A DNA stretch of 58,196 nt, filler included, from Sphacelaria rigidula (taxonomy: Eukaryota), in assembly GCA_964200075.2 (NCBI GenBank). It is 9 parts of 9 records of this genome, joined end to end, with 100 filler letters (N's around TTAATTAATTAA, not from the genome) between each part and the next. Parts side by side here need not be neighbours in the genome. Positions count along the whole stretch, not along the records: positions 45,345 to 51,720 come from CAXNAA020020449.1; positions 51,821 to 58,196 come from CAXNAA020020450.1; 7 more parts are not named here. One strand, written 5' to 3'. Each line of letters begins with the position of its first letter. Positions within the stretch are counted from its first letter, which is position 1. A program made the position numbers and the translations under genes. Below are positions 48,246-58,196 of this stretch, piece by piece. Below the pieces are notes generated by a model that was not told the DNA's origin, searched no databases, and was given only the letters and a program-made list of their open reading frames with translations.

Positions 48246-49129
48246 CTGGTGCCTTTCAGTTCTTTTGCTGGCTCACCGACACTAAATAGTGCCTCCAACA
48301 CACACTCGTAGCCTGAAGCAAAGTTGAACACCTTTGACACAAGTACCCCACGATTTTGTGCCAGGCGATCTTCATGGTGAACCATCCAGGCGTCCCACGA
48401 TCGTATCTTCTATCTTCTTGCCCCGCTGCTGTACTTTTTACTTTCCTCCAGGGAGGTCATTTTCACCCTGTAAGGGTCAAGGGCGGCTTGCATAACACAA
48501 GGTCTTACTCACATCGGGATGTCCCGTACATCACTTGTTCCCACTGCGTGTACGGTTCACCATGGGTCGCTACTCCAACAATCCTTCCGAGTAGACCTTC
48601 GCTGCCGAAAGCTTGGCCAAAGATTCTCTCACACTTTGTACCAGGTTCTATCCTTCAATACCTCAAGAAGTCTACGTACCGCTTGATGCTCGTTTTCGTA
48701 GGTCATGTGGTCGGCCATTGGTAAGGTGTTTGTTTCATGAGTGTAGTAGGTCTTGACGTTTATGTCATGCCTTTTCCACCCCTTCCCTTCACTGGACGCC
48801 TTCTGCATCCAATGTCGGAAGTTTCAGAAAAATGACTGACCAGATTTTCACCGCCTACTGGAAACCGGTCAGGCTTTACGGGTATCTCACCACGAAACCC
48901 CAGCCTCCATGTGAACTTAACATGAAGGGGGTGATGACCCTACCCTATTCGCACTTGTTATATATTTCGTATTCTCGATTGACATGTGAGGTGGTCAACC
49001 TTAACGCTAATACTCATTTGTCTAGGTTTTGGTTTTATCCTCGTTTTAACTTCGTTATGATATAGGGGGAAGAACCTCGTTTATATCATGTGTTGATATG
49101 GGAAAATAGATTTTTTTTAAAATCTAGTT

Positions 49130-50242
49130 TACGTCTATATCTGTTCTGTGTTATGGTAGGTTGAAGAAAAAGGATGATAAGCTTCGTTATTCCATGTCTA
49201 TGTCCGGAATGTGTTTTGGTAGGTTAAAGAAAAAGGATGGTTAGCTTCATCATTTCATGTCTATATATGTGATGTGTTATGGTAGGTTAAATAAAAAGCA
49301 GGCGTAGTTCATGTGTATGTCCGGGTTGTGTTATGATAGCTGAAGAAAATACAGGGTTACACACGCGGCCATTTGTCTACCTCCAAAATTCCTCCCGGTT
49401 GGTAAACGTTTCGAGCCTCCAGAGGAACTAAACGCCCCCGGAGGGGTGCGCGGCCCTTCAGAGGAGATTTTTTCGTTTTCTCCAGAGGGATAAAACGCCT
49501 CCGGAGGCTTATTTTTGCCTCTGGAGGGCCACCCATACCCCAAAATTTCTCCGGAGGGGTGCACGGCCCTCCGGGTCGGTAGAGTTTGGTTTCCTCCAGA
49601 GGAATTGTAGGCCTCCGGAGGCTTGTTTTCCCCCTGGAGGGCCGCACATCCCTCCGGAGGCATTTTGGGGTGTAGCCAAATGGCCGCGTGTGTAGCATCT
49701 TTATTTCATGTCTATGTCCGGGCTGTGTTATGGTAGATTAAATAAAAAGTAAGGTTAGCTTCTCTATTTCCTGTCTATGTCCGGGCTGTGTTATGGTAGG
49801 TTGAAGAAAAAGCAGGGTTAGCGTCTTTATTTCATGTCTATGTCCTAGCTGTGTTATAGTGGGTGAGAGAAAAAGCAGGGTTAGTTTTTCTATTCCATGT
49901 CTGTGTCTTAGCTGTGTTATAGTGGGTGGGGGAAAAAGCAGGGTTATCTTCTCTATTCCATGTCTATGTCCAGACTGTGTTATGGTAGGTTAAAGAGAAA
50001 GGATGGTTATCTTCTCTATTTCATGTCTACGTCCGGGCTGTGTTATGGTAGGTGAAATAAAAAGCAGGGTTAGTTTCTCTATTTCGTGTCTGTGTCCGGG
50101 ATGTGTTATAGTATATTCAAAGAAAAGGGATGGTTATCTTCTCTATTTCATGTCCATGTCCGGACTGTGTTATGGTAGGTTAAAAACAGGGGATGGTTCG
50201 CTCATCTATTTCATGCCCATGTCCGGGCTGTGCTATGGTAGC
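49130..50242. repeat. Tandem satellite, about 62-bp unit, interrupted by a MITE
   Basis: The unit is approximately TGTGTTATGGTAGGTTAAAGAAAAAG(C/G)A(G/T)GGTTAGCTTCTCTATTTCATGTCTATGTCCGGGC. Confidence 0.92.
49360..49692. mobile_element. MITE family C copy with a TA target-site duplication (Tc1/mariner-type)
   Basis: The satellite unit CAGGGTTAGCATCT is split as CAGGGTTA|CACACGCGGCC...GGCCGCGTGTG|TAGCATCT. Confidence 0.9.
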
Positions 50243-50701
50243 GACAGAAGAAGGCAAATATAGAAAAGGACAGAAAAGAAAACAGACTCCCCCCCCCCAA
50301 ACAAAAAAACAAGAAAAAGGGGGGAAACAAAATATAGAGAAACAAGAGAGGGAAGAAGAAAAATACGAAGTATAGGGGGGGGGGGAAACAGAATGAGGCA
50401 AAGGAGTCAGGAAGGCTGGTTTGGGGGGGCGTCTATCGGAGAAAGATTATTTCGTGTTTCTGGGGGTCAAAACTCCGCATACCCTCCGTACCTAAAGTTC
50501 CGATTGAATTAGTCGAATCCAGTTCACCTTTCGGAATACATTCATAGAGGTATCATCACCAAAATTGCCCCAACGAATAAGTGAACATGTTTTTGCACTT
50601 TTCCGGCCGGGCAAATATTGCGACCTTTTTGTAGACAGACCACTTATCATGTACGAACAATAATACAAGATACCGTTTCGGTGTTTGTAAACCATGTCCC
50701 A

Positions 50702-51178
50702 GGTCGCTTCTTATGGCAAACAAATGAAACTTATGGAAATATACCTGTCTTTCTTCTCTTCCTGCGTCATTTTACGCGCTCGAAGAGAGCTAGGCGGAGT
50801 TTGACGCTTCGGAATGACTTGCTCCACTCGTTGAGGCCGTTCCAAAACATCTTCGCGTTTTCCGGTGACCTCAGTTTTTCATTTCGAAAAGTTACATTTT
50901 TGTCCATGAACGGTCAAGAACAGTCAAATATAGAAAAAAAACATGCCATTGTTCTCTGGACCTGGTCGTCTCTGGGCAAAAATGCCTGTTTGGCCAACAT
51001 CAAAACCGCGGCCACCGGAAAACGTTAAGACGTCCGGGAACCGTCTCAACGAGCAGAGCAAATCATTCCAAGGTTTCACACTCCACCTAGCTCTCTTCAG
51101 GGCGTGAAATGTCAAAGAGGGACCAAAAAAACATTTTCGCAGGACGTTTTGTTTGTTTTCTTGCTATAAGGAGCGCTC
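50702..51178. mobile_element. Foldback MITE family D copy
   Basis: Homologous to 28460-28931, with self-complementary arms. Confidence 0.78.
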
Positions 51179-51294
51179 TTAGGCCCATATTTATTTGAGG
51201 AAGGTCGAGCTAATGTTTCTGGTCAATTAGCTTTCCAGCTTTGAGAATCCACAATCATGTGAAGGAGAAGTAAGGAAATTCGATTATGGCTCCC

Positions 51295-51720
51295 TATGTT
51301 GTCCGTAGACTCCAAGAACTGGCCCAAGAGAAGAATGTTCCTCTGTATGTGTGCTTCATCGACCTCCAAAAAGCGTACGACTCAGTGGACCGCTCTCTTC
51401 TCTGGAAAGTTCTAGCACGCTAAGGTATACCCGCCAAGGTAATTTCCATCTTCCGCCAATTCCACGACGGCATGCGGGCATGCGTACGCCTGGACAGCGG
51501 CGAGACATCTAAGTGGTTTGACGTAAACCAGGGCCTCCGCTAAGGTTGTGTACTTTCCCCCCATCTGTTCAACATCTTCTTCGCGGCGGTGATGCCGGTG
51601 TCGTTCGACCGCTTCTCGATCAACAAAGCGGTGGTGCAGGATTTCATCCGGATCGCTCAAAGGGGCGGGAAAACCAGGGATAAACTCAGCAAAGTGCTCT
51701 GGGCCATGCTCTACACCGAC
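51295..51720 (+). mobile_element. Decayed RTE-clade LINE RT fragment (second lineage)
   Basis: Translates YVVRRLQELAQEKNVPLYVCFIDLQKAYDSVDRSLLWKVLAR*GIP...FHDGMRACV...NQGLR*GCVLSPHLFNIFF...AMLYTD, with two in-frame TAA stops. Confidence 0.93.
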
Positions 51721-54437
51721 NNNNNNNNNNNNNNNNNNNNNNNNNNNNNNNNNNNNNNNNNNNNTTAATTAATTAANNNNNNNNNNNNNNNNNNNNNNNN
51801 NNNNNNNNNNNNNNNNNNNNGGGCACGAGCCCGTCAAAAATTCCGCGTTACCCCCTGGCTCAAGCGAGCTTTTTTTTTTCACGGTTGTAAAAGGCTTCAT
51901 ATGCTTGAAACGCGCCTATGCTTGAAACACGCATAAAGCTGGATGATTTTTCATGCGCCTCCTGCAGTCACTCTAGCAGCTGCCCGCAAGTGCTCCCTGT
52001 GGCGTGACTCGTCACCACACAGGCCGACAGGCTTTAGGCTTCAAGAGTCAAAACTAAAATTATCGTGTCCCGTGTTCCTCTGTTGTTGCGGGCCTGATCA
52101 GAAAAGCATACAACTTCAAATTCAATATACGTGGTACTACGATGTTCTGAAACATGTGAATCCCTGCTCGTTGACCGAGTCCCTTTCACGTCTCATGATA
52201 ATTCCACGAGAAAAAACAGATAGTCTCGCGCGGTCTGTACTGCACGTTGCCTGCTTTTCGTTCACACCCTACTGTACGAAACACGCACAGACACGTCCAG
52301 ACGCCCTGCATGCTAACAGTGCAGACAGTACAGACAGTACTGTTCACAAGCGACTAAGTACCGCTTGACGAATTTTACTCGCTTTTGTCGATCAAAAACC
52401 TCAAAATTCGCCTGGACCCAAGTCTAGAAATATGAGCGGACACCAATTTCACCGCCCCTTTTTTTCGATGGAAAAAAAATGCCTCCGATGAATCAAGAAT
52501 CATGGTTCAGAAAGCGCCACCACTTGTGTACCCAGCCGGACGGGGAACTCAAGGTAGGGAGAGCGTGGCGCACACCGGAACAGACAACATCTACAATGTT
52601 ATTCTTTTTCGATAATATGGAGGCTGTGTTTCTGAAGGTTAGACGCCAAGAAAATCCCCACCTCGCTTGTGATGACGCCGAAACTTGAAGCATGTGTTGA
52701 TAGGCACTACAGCAAAGTGTGGGAGCCGCAGCCGTGGCTGCACAAGGCGCTGACGACCCGGTCTACATTGAAACAATGGGTAACATTCTCACCCGTTTGT
52801 ATTTTTATTCACCACGTCTTGTCTGATGACCATTATAGTAGATACAATATCGGTGAGGCTCGCAGATCGCCACGGATCCTTCCGGCTTCATCGTCAATCT
52901 TCGCCCAGTTGAGGATGAACACTCGCAGGAAACGAGATAATAACCAGGATCTAGGCCCCACCATATATGTGAGGGTCTAGGCTGAACGTTCGTCGGTCAG
53001 AAAAGCTCGACACGTCAAGGTTAAGCTTGTCTCGCGCGACCGCTGCGTTCTGCCATGAAGCCTCCCCCACGTACTCGACAAGTGGGCATTGTAGCAATGC
53101 TAGCGGATTTAAGATACTGACAGCCTGACAGCCGGCAAGGTCGTTATAGTAGTGTCCTTCTAGCAATATCAATTTACAGGGCACTGGTTTAGAGTCTGCA
53201 GGTGAATATTTTGGCGATTGCCTCAACTGCAGTTCGCCCAGATGCAGTGGATGTTTCCACTATCTCACCGCGCCAGAATATATGTGGAAATGTGGCAAAT
53301 CCTGTATTTTACTGTATGTGGAAACATACCAGACCCTGGACAGATTTCTAAAGTCAGCACGAACAAACGTTGAAAGTGTACTGCGCACAGTATAAAATAT
53401 ATCGCCGACTGCAATTTTTTCAATACTCATACAGTACTTGAAATCAGTAACTGCAACGCTACACTTCGAGACAGCAGTGTAAACATCTCGAGGGTGTGAA
53501 ATGCTACAGGCGGCTTTCGCGCCATAGCGGCTGTGTTACCATATTCAGCTTCGCCCAAGATACAGGCAGCCATTACAGCAGCGGAGGCATCATTTCACTC
53601 CTGCGTGCGCCACCTGGGGCAAACGCACGCTGTAGCTGCAGCACAGACAGCTTTACAAAATGTGTCGTAGCGATATAGCGCGTAGCGAGGGGTTATATTC
53701 CGCATACACGTTGGTCGCAGATACAAGCGGTTGCGTTCATGAAGTGGCGAACTGCACAGGACAGCGCAAAATCAATGCAGCGCAGGGATAAGCTAAGGGT
53801 GTGACGTCCTATGATGTGCTTTGTCACCCTGCACCCTGCCGCTGTGCAATGAGCAGGTAGTACCGCCCAACGCGTCACGCTGCGGTTCGTACGCAGTGTC
53901 GAACACAGCAGCAAATGAGCATATTCCATGTACAAGGATGTGTGTTTCAAGACCGATGCGCACAGAGTGGGGCCCGCATCTAGATAACCCTGCACCGACT
54001 TCGACCTGTTCTAGCGGATTGGTACATCTTTTCAGCAAAAACCGCTTGCAACATGTGCTGTAACGAATCTCATGCGTCATGCAGCTTTCTGCCATGCGGT
54101 TAATCGCTCGTGAGGCGAGTTGTTGAAGCTAACAGTGCCCAACTCTCTTGCCACGATGACCTCCCGTCTGAGGTCGAGATAATTGAACCTGCGGAACATG
54201 ACTTTAACTGGTAAAATGTACACGTCATCCTGACAAAAGCTTCCATATTATCGAAAAGGAATAACACTGTCTAGTGGTCTGTATTATGCTCTTCTGTTTG
54301 TTGGTTGTGTTGTGCTTTGTAAATACTACTTCACCCTACATGTTTCATCACCTTGGTACTACACTGTTGTACTGTACTGTTGCAGTGACCATCGTTCATG
54401 CCGTCAAATCTGCGTTGTAACCAGCTGCACTACTGTT

Positions 54438-54484
54438 GTACTGTACTGTACTGTACTGTACTGTACTGTACTGTACTGTACTGT
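54438..54484. repeat. (GTACT)n pentanucleotide microsatellite
   Basis: Tandem GTACT units. Confidence 0.93.
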
Positions 54485-56077
54485 GTGCCGGCTACCGCAA
54501 ATTTTTCCAGGGCTCAACCCTTCAGTCTGTGTGTCATGCCTCGTGCATCTGCATGTACCTTTTACGAAATGTCCTTGAACCCCAGAGTCACAACGGTGTG
54601 TAACAGACAAAGCCTTCCGGGAACACGGGTGATTGTTCCGGAGTCGGAGACAGGTCTGGATATGTCAACGAGCGTGAGTGAATCAGATGAGTGAACGACG
54701 TTTCACCTTCACAAATTAACCTGAGCAAACACGCGAAGACATCCACACCACAATCGCAACAAACTGAACAGCATATTACAGTCGTCACGGTGATATCTTC
54801 TCTAGTACACGCCACGCCCGTTTCCTTGGCTTCTGTGTGGCTGGGTACACATCATACATGATGCATGGAGACAAGGCAGAAAAGTAACTCCGATTCAAAT
54901 CTCTTGACACTCCCACGATTCTTGGAAGCGCGCAGCTAACAGCTGCACTCAACAGAAGCGGACAATACAGTCTTCGTGATATGTTGTCCGCTCGAGGGAA
55001 CGCCACGCCGTTCACCTTGGGTTCACTGCACAGCTAGGTACACAAACATCATCGTTTGTCTCTTCGTAATTCGTGTCCTTTAGAGGACGAGATATACGGA
55101 AAACGGGTGTTTGTTGCAGTGAATTTCACCACTTGGTGAGGGTTTGTTGGTCCGACTTGGTTTTGGTGTGGATTTCAAAAGCCGATTTGTGAGGCGTATA
55201 TGCATACTGTACATTGTGTTCAACGCTTTGAGCGTCAAGGTGGGTCATCTGTCATCTGCAAAGTGGGACTACATGAGAACCAGATCACAAACCCTCGCGG
55301 TCAAGGGCTTAGAAGCACCAAGATAGTGGTATCAGCTCGGGCTATATCAGTGGTGTGAAGGTTAATGCAGCCCGGATAGTGTTCGAAGTCCAACACTGTC
55401 CCTGGGGGCTGTACAATGTGCTTCAATGCTGGAAGGGAAAGTGACCTCGTTTCCAGGGAATGTATGGCGCTCAGCACACAATATACCAATCACTTTCAAA
55501 CCAAAGACGGGAACAACCACCCGGTAGTAAGATGACAAAGCGTTCGACAACAGCGCACTACGCTTTTTCCACCGGTCACCAGCGTACATCGCAGTGCGTT
55601 CTACTGCGTTCTACTGCGTTCTTGCAGCGCACGTGCGTCGGACCCGTCGTTATTGGGCGATGGGTGTCCAGGTTAGGTGACAGTACAGTGCTTTGTGATG
55701 CTGACAAAAAAACACTGAACTGCTGTGCATGGGTGCAGTGCGTCGTATCTGCAGTGGTCGGACTACCGGGTTTTCAGATTCTGTGGGTAAAAATACAACT
55801 TGACCGTTCACCACGGATCATCTTTCGGTCTGCTTGTGCGGGGCGATTGAGAAGAGTGACATTTTTCTCCTCTTCAGTCCGAGCGTCTGGTGTGAAATAC
55901 TGTTCCGATAAGGACAATTGGTGGCTTCGATACGGTATGGGAAAACCGGACATTGCCGATTTGATTGCAGTATACAGCGAAGCGACATTACGCTAACAAT
56001 AAGTATAATATAATATATATATAGTTTAAAAAATAATAAATATGACTAGCACGAGGGCAGGCATGTCTCAAGGTGCA

Positions 56078-56416
56078 TCAGCTGTCATTCATGCCCTTGA
56101 TCTCGCTCCCTTCCTCACCAAGATGATCGGGGTCATCCCTCATGTGCATTGAGGTCTCGGCGCCAGTGGGATCGATGAAGTCTTTGGCCTCGCGCAGCTC
56201 AGGCTCGGCCCCGGTGAAGCGCTTGGGGATGAATGATGGTATTGATGCGGCAGTGAAAGCAGGCACCACTTCAGTTATCTTGGCGAAGTTGAGGTGAAGG
56301 AACAGCAATATTCCAACGTAAAAACTACCGAGGCGGCTTCTGCGCCTGGACAGAAGCTGCCCCGCGCCACCGGAGTCACGCTCGATCCGTGCTGCAGAAG
56401 CTTGGGTACCGAACAC
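56078..56416 (-). mobile_element. hAT transposase C-terminal dimerisation-domain exon (probably decayed)
   Basis: TAG acceptor, then VFGTQASAARIERDSGGAGQLLSRRRSRLGSFYVGILLFLHLN. This matches the hAT dimerisation pattern AS.A..ER.FS.AG.LL..RR.RL.....LLFL..N, although the FS is lost. Confidence 0.75.
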
Positions 56417-58196
56417 CTACTGCGCTACACTGCGCAAGTATTGTTTTGAAATCGGTATAAAGGGTAAGGCAGATACCCGGTACTGGTATTTTGGGCATCT
56501 AATACCCTACCGATACCGACCCAATCGGGTATTTTCAAATGCCATACCTACGATACCTATGACACCACGGTACTTCGAGATACCAGTACCTACCGCACCC
56601 GCTCAATCAGGTATTCTCAACATTCATATAAACGATACCCACGCATACCACGGTATGGGATACCCGGATAAACACCGGGGGTACGCTCGGTACGGTACCT
56701 CATCTACGGTTCCCGCGGAAGCTTTAGCTTGTGTGGTGGACAGATGACATGTACCCTCCACTTAAACGTACTTTTGAAAAGCCTGTAGTCCTCAGCCTAC
56801 CATCAAACTGTATTTGCACACAAACGCAAGTTGGATCGAATAATATACGGCTGCATCAAGTACTTTTGGTCGCGGTTTGTACTTCGATAGGGATACAAGT
56901 CGGTACAAGCACTGTACTGGGCCGTACCATACCGTGTAGAAACGTGCGGTGCCGTACTGCAGAGTACGCGGTATGCGCCACGTTTCGCTACAACTTGCAT
57001 GCGTGCAAACGCGGGGAGTGTTAAATGCCGTCGCGTGCGATGGAAGTTGCAAGCCGTGGGAGTCAACGTGTGCATGTGTGTATCTGCTTTCGTACAGAAG
57101 GATGTGAAAGTGACGCCGGCGAAGTGCAGTACAGACAGTGCAGTACTATCTGTACTCTCTGCTTACAGTGCGACGTGAAAAGGACTTGAACAACGTTAAC
57201 ATTTTTACTGCCTGCACTGTCCGCACCTCTATACACAAGTCGGTCGTCCGCTGCGCCGTACCACGCAGCTCCGTTGCCGATCCCCACCATGAAAAAATAT
57301 GCTCAAGTTTCAATCAACAAGACAGACAGCATACCCAACTGCGGCAGTGTGTATCTATCCCTGTGCCCAACTCGTGATCTATGCTGCAGGGTTGCGGTGG
57401 CAGCTGGGAATAGTTGTGTGAGGTTTTCGTGGTTTGATCTGTGAACGGCGGTTGATACCTGGCGTGGTGATTTGCTGCAAGGTTGTTGGAGTTGTAAAAG
57501 TGCCCTGGAGGTAGTCGGAACATAAGTGTCCTCCAGAGGCTTGAGGTAGTGCAAACTCCAGAGGTGGATTCACACACTTGAGGGGACTATTTTCTCAAGT
57601 TCCCAAACCACGCGTTCAAGGCTATCATGTGCCCTCCAGTGGCTTTGTGTACTGTCCATTTCAGAGGCACTATGACCCGCTGCAGAGTATTTAATGCTTC
57701 AGATGGCCATTTTGTATTTTAGAGGGGGGAAAACGCGATAGTGGCATTCCAAGAAGGAGCCAATTGGCCGCGTGTGCTGCCTATGGTATCGACTATTGTG
57801 TCTATTGCGATAAACAAGATATTTCATACTGTACGCTGTACCCTTTGTGAGAATACACACTGTTGTCATAGTCTAAGATGTGAAAGTTTCCGCAAGTACA
57901 TCACCGTTGGCATTGGGACAAGGCAGCGTTCAGATTATGTTCCAGAGGGCAGAAACGTCATTATATACGCGTTAAGGTCTTGGGGGATAACTTTACAGTA
58001 ACAGACTTCGGAAAACAGACGAACAACGAAGACCTGATGTAACACGGGATGTCACAATTGGAAGACGTACTTTGTTTTGAGGATGGACCTTGAGAAACTT
58101 CATAGACATTGAACTATACAGTGGGGGGGGCGTACTCATTTGTTGCTTGCCTTAGTCGTTTGACCATTGACCACGCATCCCTTTCGAGACGGAGCA

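Noticed and set aside
48510..48555. VHAVGTSD resembling a LINE ORF1 SGNH-esterase motif
   Set aside because: It is an isolated short match with no GDS or DxxH blocks in frame, so probably chance.

Overview
Eukaryotic, intron-rich and repeat-rich DNA, most likely a stramenopile such as a brown alga (inference from exon/intron style and LINE types). The window is not one locus. It is nine contigs of 6378, 6378, 6378, 6378, 6378, 6377, 6377, 6376 and 6376 bp, sorted by size and joined by artificial 100-bp N44-TTAATTAATTAA-N44 spacers, so nothing can be inferred across spacers. Host-gene pieces: one GPI transamidase (GPI8/PIGK) exon; a 1.7-kb terminal exon with a long polyQ tract that probably follows an RWP-RK motif; five phase-0 exons of a PPP-family Ser/Thr phosphatase on the minus strand; and six exons of chromatin assembly factor 1 subunit A (CHAF1A/Cac1), one with a probable GC-AG intron. 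The rest is mostly mobile DNA: decayed LINEs of two lineages, tRNA-derived SINEs, several MITE/foldback families (some nested), a hAT dimerisation-domain exon, a possible Academ-type Cys8 C-terminus, and weak SWIM/MULE, Ulp1 and SET relics. Satellites and microsatellites are also present. I found no CRISPR array, rRNA or intact tRNA, and no convincing new multi-gene system. The best leads are transposon-related and splicing-related.
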